DNA of 63,309 bases, filler included, from Choristocarpus tenellus KU-1152 (taxonomy: Eukaryota > Protista > Phaeophyceae): the NCBI GenBank assembly GCA_964200185.2. It is 11 parts of 11 records of this genome, joined end to end, with 100 filler letters (N's around TTAATTAATTAA, not from the genome) between each part and the next. Parts side by side here need not be neighbours in the genome. Positions count along the whole stretch, not along the records: positions 13,068 to 20,425 come from CAXNAD020006274.1; positions 20,526 to 24,284 come from CAXNAD020018100.1; positions 24,385 to 27,090 come from CAXNAD020025461.1; 8 more parts are not named here. One strand, written 5' to 3'. A program made the translations under genes and the position numbers. The notes beneath the pieces were generated by a model. That model was not told the DNA's origin and did no database searches. It saw only the letters and a program-made list of their open reading frames with translations. Within the stretch, counting starts at the first letter, position 1; each line of letters begins with the position of its first letter. Of this stretch, positions 13,278-25,740 are shown in pieces.

Positions 13278-13536
13278 ATTATACTGCGGATTCTTCATTT
13301 GATTGTTTTGAGGGCGACGAAAATCGTATTTCTTGTTCTGGCAAGGAATGTTCCTAGATAGGGTAGGTGAGGTATTCGTGCAAGAATATATTTTTACATA
13401 CTATTCATAGTCTAAAATATGATCCGAACTCAATGCTAGCTTTCAATGTACTGTACTACAATATTCTTCGCCTTCAAAACAATCAAATAGGGGTCCAATT
13501 AAAGATGTAAAGAACACTGAAGAATCGGGGTATAAT
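13278..13536. repeat. Degenerate foldback inverted repeat
   Basis: Left-arm blocks 13278-13297 and 13298-13324 pair in nested order with 13518-13536 and 13463-13487. Confidence 0.7.
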
Positions 13537-13720
13537 CGTACATATTATACATACACAAATATGAATATCGTAGGAACAACAATACGAATACAAAAGAAGA
13601 GCAATACAACCTAACCAGCACATCACCCCCTAAACAAATTTCAATTTTCCTCTACCCCTCATACCTCTGGTTTGGTCAGTCATTTTCCCTTTGGAAGGAG
13701 CGAGCAGTACCAGGTCCACT

Positions 13721-14116
13721 ATGTCGACTTCACGCATCCTGCAGATCGTCTTCCTGGTGGTCTCGCTTCTGGTGGCAGTTTCTTGCGCCAGTGCGGTCCA
13801 AGAATCCAGCGAGGTGATGAGAGTGCAGCGTGGTCTGCAATCGTGCGGTGAAAAGTGCATAACGAAGGATCGGAAAAGGGAGGATGGGAGTAAGAGGAAG
13901 AAGACGTTCCTCTGCGACGAGAGGTGTACAACGATGCAGGACGACCCACTGCTTGGGGAAGGCTGTGGGAAGAAAGGCAATGCAAACTGCCGTAAATGCT
14001 TTTTCGACAAGGGTACTCTGAAGAAGAAGGCCAAGAAGGGAAAGCATTTCCCAAAATGCTCTACCGGAGAGACTATCAACAAGAGCTCACCCTACGTCCG
14101 CCGTCTCTTGGACTAA
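13721..14116 (+). CDS. Small secreted cysteine-rich basic protein (131 aa, intronless)
   Basis: Signal-peptide-like start MSTSRILQIVFLVVSLLVAVSCASA, then a short pro-like segment ending RGLQ. The mature part has 8 Cys including D-x2-C...GEGC-x7-CRKC...F-x2-C and is very Lys-rich. Confidence 0.8.
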   Translation: MSTSRILQIVFLVVSLLVAVSCASAVQESSEVMRVQRGLQSCGEKCITKDRKREDGSKRKKTFLCDERCTTMQDDPLLGEGCGKKGNANCRKCFFDKGTLKKKAKKGKHFPKCSTGETINKSSPYVRRLLD

Positions 14117-17100
14117 GAGGAGAGAATTTTGAGCACCGTGCTTATTCCTGGCCAGGTATGGTTTGAGTTAGGGTATGGTGTATTGGGAATAGTCCAGTGT
14201 TTGGCATGCCTGATTGTTGTCACTTCGCGATGTATGCTTAGAAGCAGCATGGGCACCTACCTACCTTTGAACTGCACTGACTGCACAGAGCTAGGTATAA
14301 ATGTTCGATTCGAAGGCAAACGTGGGGGTGGATAACCTTGTCTACGTGGGGATATCTGTTTGCTGATGAATTTGCTACTCGTGCGATGATGTCATTTGCC
14401 TTCGCTCTTCTTCCTCTTCTCACAATCAATATCTGACGAAAAGCGAACGAAACGTGGTTTTCCTCAGGACCGACCGGCCGCTACATGATGACGTTTGGGT
14501 GAGAGGTCCCATCAAGCTTGGTGTTCGGTTGGTTCTCTTTGTCTGATAACTCACTGTGCGCGCATTTTTGCGGTAGTGAAGTTTTTTTTGTCATAGGAGG
14601 GGGGGCAACAAGCATCGTGACGTGGACATCCTGTTTCTCTTGCATCTTCGTGACTTTGGAACTTCTAGAAGATTGTTCCGTACTTGGTCTTGATGTTTGA
14701 TGCCGGATTCGAAGGTAGGGGTGTAGGGACGTATCAAAATAGTTTTGTATACCACCGAAGGTGTCTAAGGCGAACTTGTAAGATGCTGTTGCTGTATCAT
14801 AATCCTGTTTCGAGGGCTAGCGCATCAGTCGATTTGGAGAAAGGGCCGATTTTGTGTTATTTCTACGGTCTCTCTTTCTTCGTTGTCTTGTTTGTGAACA
14901 TCAGTCGTGATGCGTGGTCGCACTGCGCTTCGAAACGGTACATGCGCAGCCCTAGTGGGTGCCTATGTTGTGGTGTACGAGTAGAAGTTGATCGCCACTG
15001 CTGCGATTTCTGCAGCACAGTTGAAGGAACAGGCAGTGTGTGTTGTGTAATAATACTGTCAGTATTATGTTTGGAACACTATGAACAAGCGTATATATAT
15101 TGTGTATATTTTAATATTTGATGGAACTCAGATAAAGCATACGTGTGCTGTGCTAAGGATCGAGGCACAATAAAGCGGACCTAGATTCGTTATTGTGCTC
15201 TTTCCAGACAAACAGTATCCTTCCTTTTTATACCCAATATTTTTTTTTGATTTTTTGAAATAACGACCTACTCAAAAAAGAAAAGAGTATTTTGCGAAGA
15301 GCCATCACGATTTTGAGTCAAGCACATGCATCGTTTTTTTTTATTTTCTCGTCCTATGCACCATCCAGCTGAGGTAACAGGAGGGAAGGTACACCTACAA
15401 GAGAATCAACACTGACTGGATGATACATGTGTTGCTTCTGATCCACGATAGCAAGAATCGATGACGTGTCGTTTCACTATCAGTAAACAGGACATTCCAC
15501 CAAAGCCTGGGATAACAAACAATGGAGAGGATTGTCGAAGCCTGTCTGGCAACTCATCCCTGTGCTTGTCGTTCACCTCAATCTTCGTGTTCCTAGTCTG
15601 TTAATGGATATACCCTGTGATCAGAGGTAGTTTTTGTAGATCTTGAACATCAGTTAAGGCAAAGCAGTCAGTGACCAGGTAATGTCGAAGGCCTCATCCT
15701 CCTCTGTCGCCAATGCTTCTTTCTTTTCAGATTTTGCATGATGAAGGAGTCGACCTTAACCTATCAATTCCGACTCAGCAACATTCCTTTGACGGCGCAC
15801 ATCGCGAAAGTTCAGGTGTTTCGGCGGTACGTGACACTGCGTAGTACTATTGAGGTCTAGTCAAGAAGTGGTGTAGCCTGTAGCCTGCTCATGTGCTGAT
15901 TGTTGAAACCTGAATCGAATGCATCGTACATGTAGGCAAAATGCGCAGACTATTAGCTATGAGGAATCATGATGTTGCGAAGCACCGATGAGTGATATGC
16001 GTCGTCTATGTTATGTATAGGCGTGATTGTGCTGGAAAGCACCGATGTATTTACTCTTTTGTAGCTGAGGTCATTGATCTCTCTCAGTCAAGAATTGTGC
16101 GACGTGAATTCAGTATTCTTTCATGTGATACTCAACGGAAGAAGGCCATGTTATCTGTGGAGAGGCTTATTGCCTTGGCTGGCAAGGGTTTCCGCGGATG
16201 ATTTTAACTCTCTGATTATATTACATCCATGTGTGTGTTTGATAAACAGTTTGCAGAGTCGAGTTGGTGCAATTTGAGGCATAAATGGCAGTCACGAAAG
16301 AAGTAATAATCAACCATAAATGTACAACTGTCATCTTCTGCTGGTTAGAAGAAAGAGTGAAAGAAAAAACAAACAACAGAACAAAATTGAAACAATATGT
16401 GATCCAACTCAAGTGACGTACACTATACTATACTATTTGTGTGGAACGCAGAGGGACTGTTCTGTACTACAGTGTTCTGATTGTAGTTGATGTGGTGATG
16501 ACTAACTAGTGAACGTAACGTTGAGAACGTAACAGACCAATCAACAGTCAGTGTTGACCGGTGGAACTGTATCGTATTAAGGAACAAGCTGATGAGTAGC
16601 CTATGTTTTAACACTGGTCGGAGGTCGTTTGCCAAAGGAGGAGGTTTATGGGGCCGCCATCGCTCATGTACAGTATAATATGCTAACGTTAGCACTAATA
16701 GTTCAAATTACGATCAGAACGTAGTCCACAATAGCGAAATATGAATAGTGGGCGTCTGTAATCCTGGGCACCTGTGTGCGCAGTAAATCTCTCGGCTAGC
16801 TAAATCCTCTCGCAATGCCAAATGGTTGTGGAAAATCATGAACCCTTAGCCTATCGAAGGTACACAACCGCATTATTCAGGGTTCCACCATCACTGTGTG
16901 AGCGCTTGTTCATCATCATCCTCAAGTCGGTACATATTGTCTTGAAGTCTCATCTATTCCTGTGCAGCAATGGTGCCACACGCCCACATCCTTAGATTGC
17001 TCAACTGTTTCATCATATGTGTAGTTCGTTTCTGGGTAATGTTTGGCGTCCTGACGTTCACCGAATAATGCTCTCACCTCTCTTGTTCTCAGTTGAAACG

Positions 17101-17379
17101 GCATCATCTACTCTTCTCTGTCAAGGTCAAAAGCTCAATTCGCCATGGGCGCCACGCCACCCCTGTCTGGGCATGGCCATAGAGTAGTCGGTGTTTGCGA
17201 GTCTCCCGCTAAGGGTATAACGAGGGGTTGGGGGAGAGCCTTTAATATTGTGGAATCTCTTGTGGTCAATCCTACTGCCTCGGCTACGGGTACGGCTGTT
17301 TGTGTACGCTACCTGACTTTACTGGACGGTTGTGACCACTGGTGTACCTGGCTCTCATACTCCGTGGTTTCACTACCCA

Positions 17380-19100
17380 AGCAACTTACCGTTTCTCTCA
17401 ACTCCGACCTAAAGTTCACAAGAGCTCAGACACTACAGGCCATCTGGACTGTGCTGGTACCTGAATTACGGCCTCGTCCTAGAAGTGCAAACAGTCTTCT
17501 TCTTAGGACCATTCCACCAATGTGTCTCGAGCATCTCCTTTATCAAAAAACCGTAACACTCTCCATCATATGCAAGGTGAAACTAGACCTTGTCTTCCTT
17601 CAACCGCATTCATCTCCTTCTGCAAATGATGGCGACATGAGCAAGATTGCGCCGGAGTGAGCAGCTGATCGATCTGCCTTGTGCTTCTGCACCTGGTGAC
17701 GGTGGCGGATAAGCAAACTATCAATAGCGAATGAGGTATGTCAGTGCACGAGAAAGAAACTACTTTCTCCGCCGACTTCTTGTGACCCCTTTTGACACTA
17801 CTCTGGCACCAATTCACATGGCTGCAGCGGCTAAGCTGCCTGCGGATACCCCCATCGCATGTAGTGGGGAGAGAAAGATCCTGTCGTTTCTTGGATTCTG
17901 AGAGTATAATTGGTTCTATTGCACCATTGTATAGATGGTGAGTCAGACACCGAGGGTCACGGTTTCAAAGTGTCAAAGGAATATGTTATCAACAAATATT
18001 TGTCTCGTTTCCTATCATGCTGTGTACCTATGTGGTAATTACTACAATCTCATATGCGCAGTGGCGGAAGAGCCAATCCTTGTAATTGGAAATGTGTGTG
18101 TGGATGACGGACATCAGAGAGATCATGTGCCGCAACAATTACAGTTGTTGACGTGTGCGCATTTACGTTCAGGACTCACCAGCAAGTACACGCATCCTGC
18201 TACACAAAAGGTAAGCAACCAGATACAAAATGGTCCACACCTGATCGGCACGCAACCTAAACTCCGCACCAAGGAAGTCTTGTAGAAGCTTGCTAATGCT
18301 GATTTCATCGACCATTAAGCACCACCGTCAAAGAACAATTCTCGGGAATGACCCCCATATAAACACTGAGTATCCACCGAGAGTGCAACTCTTATTGAAG
18401 TAATGCCCCCCCGTGTACATGGCAAGAAGCCCACTATGTAAGAAGAGCAAAACAAAATGGTTGAAAAATGTTACGCCTTATTGAATACTAGAGCAGTTAG
18501 GAAACTCACGGGAACATGACTGAGTAAAGTATGTGTGTGTATTGCTGTCCTTCATGAGCTTGTGGACAAGAGACACACTTGGGAGACTGATGACCTGGTG
18601 TAAGCCATGAAGCAATGATGGTCCTCGGATCTTGAGTAGTGCAAGGTTGTAGTCACCTGGTCCGTAGCCACAGACACAGGACATGCCTTGCATTGCCTAC
18701 ATCTAGGATTGCAACAGAGGACTTTCTTTCACGCTGTCCTCGGGCAAAAGGTACTCCTCAGCCCTCGAATGTCTTCCTTTGAGACTTGGGAGGGCAATGA
18801 GTCTGTGCATGTGCGCAATAAATGTAATCTCTTGTCGCATAGATGTGTTGCAGGTGAATTTTCAACGATTCGGCGTATTGTTGATGAAATTGGGTCGCCA
18901 TCTGTGCTGGTGTTAACTGGCTGTACGAGAGAGGCGCATTGCTTTGTCTTCTTTCGATAAGGTTTCCCGTTCAAGGGGGTACCAATAGCCTTAGGCTTGG
19001 ATGCGAGGTTGGAGTACGTTTTCCAGGCCTTGCTCTTCTTCAAGGCCACGTCTGCACTTCCGGACTGAGCGACATCTTGCAGCGCGTTCAGTGCTGCCAT
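17380..19100 (-). mobile_element. Heavily decayed Ty1/Copia retrotransposon (gag, protease, pre-integrase and integrase remnants)
   Basis: Minus-strand remnants in Copia order, broken by stops and frameshifts: gag-like SKPKAIGTPL...IRRIVENSP; protease-like LMKDSNTHTYFT; pre-integrase-like PLQPCE / KRGHKKSAEK; integrase-like WRVLRFFDKGDARDTL. Confidence 0.5.
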
Positions 19101-19533
19101 CTCGTGGCCTGTGACAAATGACCGGGGTGTGTTTCATCGATTGCGAGTGGGTGGTCAGTGATATTGACGAAGAGCAGGACGAGGATGTCTACAAAGAGGC
19201 GAATGGAAATATGACACCACCCCTTTAGAGATATATAGAAATATTACGCCCGCACGAGAACAAAACTACTAAATGCTTCAATTCTTCAATGACCCAAACA
19301 TCAATGAACAAGACCTGGAAGGCCAGTCCCACTCAGTAACATGCAGGGACACATATTATTTTGTGCCTACCATGAGCAGAATGCACCAAGCACCTGTGCT
19401 CTCTTAGCTTTTCATGCCCTGTTCGACAAGTACTTCTGAATACTTCGCTGCTACCCCAAGAGTAAATAAATGCTGTATACCCCGAGTCCTGTATCACTCC
19501 CAACGGTACCACCTATGACGATGCAGCGTCTAA

Positions 19534-19790
19534 GAGCCAAATATATTAGAGGGTAGAGTCGCGTCCATTTGGGGACCAAAATCCAATGTTGCGATTTCGA
19601 TGTAAATTTGGCTATCGTGTTTGTTAGGAAGTGGCAATATCCTTGTTCCGAAGACATCTTTTCATAATGTATACATTTTACCTACTCCGAGATATTTTGG
19701 AGTAGAAAAATGTCATAAAAACCCCGAAAGAAACCAAGCCCCAAATGGACAAACAGGGAAAAACTCGTACCCTCTAAGATACTTTCACTC
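19534..19790. mobile_element. MITE family B (PIF/Harbinger-like, TAA TSD)
   Basis: TAA|gagccaaatatattagagggta ... taccctctaagatactttcactc|TAA. Confidence 0.9.
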
Positions 19791-20525
19791 TAACATGTAC
19801 TCTTTGCCAGTCTGCTCTTCATCTCGTACAAACTTAGATCATCTGGGCTTTTCCCAGGGATGAGAAATTTCCATCCCTTTCCAATAATCTCAATACACCT
19901 TTATTAGCTGACTCGAATATCTCGTGGAAGGGGAGGGGTCTAGCCCAGGGTATCCATTTGGGCCTTGACCAGGGTTTTGAAATATAGTCTATTTGCGTGC
20001 TGTTTGGAGTCGAGGGTTGGTCCTGTTTTGATAAATTGTTGAAACTCCTGTACCTCTGGATGTATCCTTCGCGCTTAGATTTGTATGGGCTGTGTTATGA
20101 TGTTGAATACACATATTAAAAGATCGATAGTGATCATGATAATAAAGGAAGGTGTAGTAGCACACGTGTACGTGAATGGAGTCTGACCCCCCTAGTACAA
20201 GATCTCCATGGAAGCATCTACTCGATTTATGAAGGAGAGGGTGACACATGACTACGAATGCAGCGATTGTAGCCTGTCGGACGCCATGTCTCTCTTCTGC
20301 ACTACGGCAATGTGGGACTCATCCAGAACCAGGCCCGTGTAGGGAGCGTCTTGCTCTGTACCTTACCGTTCTAAAACAAGCTGAATATTTCGCACCTCGC
20401 CACTCTCCCATTTCACCTCATAGGGNNNNNNNNNNNNNNNNNNNNNNNNNNNNNNNNNNNNNNNNNNNNTTAATTAATTAANNNNNNNNNNNNNNNNNNN
20501 NNNNNNNNNNNNNNNNNNNNNNNNN

Positions 20526-20681
20526 GGGGGAGTTCTACACCAGGGTGTCCATTTGGATGAAAATAAGGAAAAGTGCATTTTCATTATCCGATGTATGCAA
20601 CCAAATCACCCCAAAATCGCAACATGAAAAAATTGTCCTCAAATCGACAGCCGTCACCCCCCCCCCCAGATACTTTGAGAC
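20526..20681. mobile_element. MITE family A, left end cut by contig start
   Basis: ctacaccagggtgtccatttgg ... cccccagatactttgagac. Confidence 0.9.
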
Positions 20682-22345
20682 ACTGGTACAACAAAGGTGG
20701 TAGTAAAATAGTAACTAGATGAATGACTTTCACATTTTTACGACAACTGTTACTTTTTCAGGATTTTTTCTGACATATGAATAGTTTTCGTTGGTTTTTC
20801 CCCTGACAAATCTCCAAAATATCAGAGGGCATAAATACAAAATATATGCTATTATTAGTGAGAGGTAAACACGATTTGGTTGTTTCGTAGTAAATGCCTT
20901 TTTCTGCGACGGTACAATACGCCCAGTATTCTTTATACTTATCGTGCGCAATAGAAAACTTCAAGGACGAAGGTGTCATGGTAGAAGAGAGGTTGATAAA
21001 AGATCCACCAGAAACAATTGGGTGAGCACCCTTTTCACAACGAATAAAAATGCGTTTTTTGACCATTTCTAGAGGTCTTTTAACCCAACCGTGTTTCCTC
21101 TCTGTAGTAATGGTACGACTCATTATATACTCACATGCATTTGGGACATTTTTTGCACCACCTATGCCCGGCTTTTGCCCATGGCAGGAGTGGCAGTTGA
21201 CAGATTGATTGATTCTCAACATCCTCTAACACATGGAGGATATGCTCGGTCTGTAGCAGTGTTGAGAAACTACTAGTATGTGAATGCCTAATGACATACT
21301 ACTGCGGAAATATATAGTGATTGAGAAGACAGACAAAAAATAACGCACAGTACAAAACATACGCCAACAAACTTGCCCCATGCAAGCGTTAAGGGAGATG
21401 ATTATCTTGCTGTGAAATATAGTGCAAGTACTACTACTACTGTTGGCAAAACAATGGGAGGCCCTCATTGTAAGCAATATAGTCTGTCCTGGTATTCTAT
21501 GCCTTGTGGAGGATGAAGGGTCCAAGAACTTGGACTTTACTACAACCCCCCCCTCTTAGCAGGTACATTTATGTGAGTTTGAATCCCTCCACATATACCT
21601 CTTTGCCACCTCCACTAACAAGTTGGACAATGGCACGATCAGACGAATGAGTTCATGACACTGGTGCATTGATGGATTTAGCCCTCACTCAGCTCACTAT
21701 TGAAGACCAACAACACTAGGAGTGACTCCTCACTGGTGTTTTTTCTGGTCTAGTACTCAAGAGTAGATGGATGTAAAGAGGCTACATTTGCGAACATGTG
21801 ACTTCCTTGGGCTCTGTTGTTTTGAAGGGCAACCTGTCACAGGATCCGAAGAGTTGGCATCAGCAATTTTGGTATGCTCTGTGAATCAAAGAGTTCTGCA
21901 GCTCACCAGGGGGACCTCTAATCATTGGCTGGGGTATTTTGTTGGGTTACACAGCTCTACCTAGGAATATATCAAATCCCTGCAACGCCCCTATTTGACA
22001 GTTGGGTACAAAGGGATAGCTATGGTGGACTCATGCAAGGGGTTAAAATGGAAAGAGAGCTGATCTCCATATTGTTACTGCAACCTCCCCCCCCCAAGGC
22101 ACCCGAAACAACACAGTTTGAATAGTCCCACCCCCAGTCACAACTGAAGCAAAAGTCTCACAGCAACACAAAAATATTTGCATAGTCTCCCAAAGCAGAA
22201 AAGGACAAAGTACATGTTAACTTGCACTTCAGTAACACCTTATTTCTACCCAGCATCAAACCAGCGAGCACAATCACTTCTCACTTCTTAGAAGTCCTGC
22301 CTGCCCCCACCTCTACCTCCCTCTCTATCACATACTGACAAGCTC

Positions 22346-24170
22346 TTAGTAGTCCTCCGCCATGATATTCACAATAAGGGCTGTCCACCCAGTGAATGGG
22401 TGGGAACGATGTCCCTGGCCACTACGATCATCGTACTGCTCCCACAGGAACCCAGTTCGGTGATACTCTCCTAAGACAGTTTGCACGATGTTGGCACGCA
22501 GATCTGAATAGCATCTTGCTGCTTCCTCACTGAGTTTCCGCCAGGTCATGGTCAATTGGAGGAGGGGGGTGACCACAGGTAGGGGCCAAGATGACAGACG
22601 GATGAGACTTAGGATCAGGCTTGTGCAACCAATAAGCAGAATGCAAGGAATTGTGAAACTGCTGGGACAATATAGATGGTGCTGCACAAAAGTAGCACAT
22701 GGTGTGTTACGTAACAGGTATAAAGACTGTTAGGCGGGAGAGACCAAGAGAGGGGGTTGAAGTTTCCACATCAGAAACCTCCATTCCTAACGCAATGCAG
22801 ACGTTCAAAAGGGATCAGGACAGTGAAGCTTGAAGCTCACATGTCTCAAGTGCAGCACCCTGTGTTTCTTCTGAGGGCAAACATTGAATCAATCACCGCT
22901 TGCTACGAGCGGTGAGGTCGTTCTTCTACAGATAATGTAAGCGCATTTCAATGAGATGTGAGGGAGCAAGAGAATATCAATATTACACGATGTATGCACA
23001 ATTGATCCTAGGTTCTCAGTAGAGGTATCGCACATTTCTCACGAAAGCCTCCGACCTGAAGCCGATCAAACAGATCAGTCCAGACCAAACAAGAAAAAAA
23101 AAAAAATCTTGAAAAATACATTTTCACAATGGTACAGATGTGTGATGTTGACAACAGAAGTTCAGAACCTTAGCATAATCTACACTTGGAGAGGCACGGG
23201 TCTGTTTGCCTTTGGTTCAGCAACCTACTGTATCTGTCAAGAGTCTTACGAGAGACTACCCTTACTTCAGCTTGCCCCCCCCATGCGCACCGGTATGGAC
23301 CTTCAACAGATGCATAGTGCCACAGGGCAGCAATGGCTAGATAGTTCACATTCACCCAAATGTGTCCTCGCCAATATGGCTCATCTCCAGGATTGTTGGC
23401 CACCTGATATAGTGGGTCTGAAGCAGACAGGGAACGAAGGCCGTGGGGACTCCAAAGGTATGCTGGATCTCTGTACACAAAGTTGTGGGGAAGGGAGGGA
23501 AGAGGAGGGGCTGGGTGGGCGATGATGATCACCATGGGGTAGGCTGTTGCTGTTCCTTGACTTTATCCTCTGCTTGGATTTCCAACGAGTTCTCAGGCTC
23601 TTCGAGCAGTCCAAACACAACAACAAAAACCATGAAAAAAAAACCATGAAAAAAAACCCCATGAAGATAAACTACTACAGAAAAATGATGCAGACTGTAC
23701 GCTACGAAAAGATGAACATTCTCCAACACAACGAAATCAACGGTACCCTCCAAGCACCTGGTCTGTAGTGATGCAGAATGCACGCTATGAAAAGATGAAT
23801 ATTCTTAAACAACACAACGAAATCAACGGCACCCTCCAAGCACCTGGTCTGTAGTCGAGAAGTCTTACGCCACTGTGACTGTGATCCCCCCTAGTCCCGC
23901 GGCACAAACATAGAGTCGGTTTTTGCCACGATAGCATCTACACGCCTTCCCGTCAACACTGAGCAAGGAACACGCAGTTGATTCTGGTACATTGCAACAG
24001 AAACTATTGAAATCAGGAAAGTGCTTGCGAAGATAAGGCTGAGGTGGGGTGGGCTTCATAACACACAGTAGTCCCAGTGAGACTTTACCTCAATATCCTT
24101 AGAAGGCGTCCTAGGCGAGGGCTCTTCGGGGGAAGGAGTTTGAGCAACAGGGGAAAGATACTCACGTAAC
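22346..24170 (-). CDS. MOGS: Mannosyl-oligosaccharide glucosidase (glucosidase I, GH63), last three exons
   Basis: Exons 24170-24089, 23470-23291 and 22529-22346 splice in phase: GYVSIFPLLL...LWSPHGLRSLS...YWRGHIWVNVNYL...EGPYR...TGFLWEQYDD...HPFTGWTALIVNIMAEDY*. These are diagnostic GCS1 motifs. Confidence 0.96.
23698..23855 (+). repeat. ~83-bp-period tandem duplication inside a MOGS intron
   Basis: acgctaYgaaaagatgaaYattct...caagcacctggtctgtagt x2. Confidence 0.9.
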
Positions 24171-24629
24171 CTTGAACATATTGATCACATGGCACCATGT
24201 TGACACAGGGGGGGGGGGGGGGGGGGGGGTGTTGTGGGTTGGGTTTTTTTGTGGGGGGGGGGGGGGGGGGGGGTTGTTTTCTTTNNNNNNNNNNNNNNNN
24301 NNNNNNNNNNNNNNNNNNNNNNNNNNNNTTAATTAATTAANNNNNNNNNNNNNNNNNNNNNNNNNNNNNNNNNNNNNNNNNNNNGAGATTGTTGATTCTC
24401 TCTTTTTTTCCTTTTTTACGCCAAGGCTGCTCCTGGTCCCCCCCCCCCCCCCCCCCCCCCCAGATATTTTGGGTTTCATCCTTGCAACCATTCCCGGCTC
24501 ACAAACTATCTTCAACTTGAAGGTGTTGATTCACGTCAAAATAAGCACACTAAGAGAATCCCATTCAGGAGACAGTGATGGTAGTAGTGTTGGTGGGTGG
24601 AGCGATCTTAGTGACTGCTTTAATATGAC

Positions 24630-24985
24630 GTACATTAGTTATCACAGATTCCCTGGAATGCCGTTTGGCCATCAATTTGGTCGCACCGCCAGCCTCACAC
24701 TCATAACCCTCTTGTTGGTTATTGGCCCTCGTGCCCCAACCTCCAACTCCAATCCCAAATTCGTGAAGTTCATCTTGGCGACTTCTCTATCAGTTGCTCC
24801 GCGATTCACCTTGCTTCCGGTTTCCATTTGCATGATCCCCAAACGTCAAGATCTTGTGGAGCCGATCGTCCCCCATGTGAAACAACTGACCAAGCAAATT
24901 GGAATCTCCACTAGCACACCGTTGATTTGATACTCTCACACCCAGTCTTCATAATAACATCTTGGCAGGATAGGACATGATCGAT
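24630..24985 (-). mobile_element. RTE-clade LINE 3' fragment, decayed
   Basis: Minus strand DHVLSCQDVIMKTGCESIKSTV / MGDDRLHKILTFG...NRKQG...QDELHEFGI, the characteristic RTE ORF2 C-terminus. Confidence 0.8.
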
Positions 24986-24998
24986 GTGTTCCTGCTTA

Positions 24999-25257
24999 GA
25001 GTGAAAATATCTTAGAGGGTACGAGTTTTCTATTGTTTGTCCATTTGGGGCTTGGCATCCCATGAGGTTTTTTATGACATTTACCTCCTCCAAAATGTTT
25101 TGGAGTAGGTAACATGTCTACGTTATACAAAGGTGTGCCCGGAACAGGGATATTGCCACTTCATAACAAGCACAATAGTCAAAATTACATCAAAAGCGCA
25201 ACATCGGATTTCGGCGCCCAAATGGACACGGCCCTCCCCTCTAAGATACTTTGACTC
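24999..25257. mobile_element. MITE family B
   Basis: gagtgaaaatatcttagaggg ... ccctctaagatactttgactc; flanks TTA/TTT. Confidence 0.9.
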
Positions 25258-25319
25258 TTTACACAGAAACTTACGTAGTAGAGAAGGAATTTGATAGACA
25301 GAATAGTATAGATGGGTGT

Positions 25320-25557
25320 GCACTCACTCCAATCCCAAACTTGACAATGCCATCTTGGTAAAATTCTCGCCAGTCTTTCTACTGCCCACCTTGCTTCCGT
25401 TTTCCATTCGCATGATCCCAAAGATCAATATCTTGGGAAGTCACTCACCCCTCAGCAACGAACACAGCAAATTGAAACCTCCGCTTGCGCATCATTGTCT
25501 TGATACTCTCACAACCTAGTCTTCATAATAGAATATTTGTAAGATAGGACATGATCG
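25320..25557 (-). mobile_element. Second RTE-clade LINE 3' fragment
   Basis: DHVLSY..IMKT/GCESIKTMMRKRRFQFAVFVA / LPKILIFG; a diverged direct repeat of ~24740-24983. Confidence 0.8.
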
Positions 25558-25740
25558 GAGACAAACCAATTAAGAGGTAGGCAGGGTCGCATTTTAAGGA
25601 TCTCGAGAAAGAGCAAAAATATGTTTTTTTCTATCATTCCAGAAAGAGCCTTTGCCTATATATGATATCACTTTATGTGTGGAAAGGGGTAATACTCCGG
25701 AGTATCAATTTTGCGTACATTATTGTGCACTTAAGCAATT
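25558..25740. mobile_element. MITE family D, partial (left portion)
   Basis: Terminus gagacaaaccaattaagaggtaggcaggg. Confidence 0.8.

Noticed and set aside
13157-13357. Cys/Asp-rich short ORF resembling a last exon
   Set aside because: Overlaps the left arm of the foldback repeat and shows no recognisable homology.
20955-21276. Two possible plus-strand exons with plausible splice sites
   Set aside because: The peptide is unrecognisable and there is no independent support.
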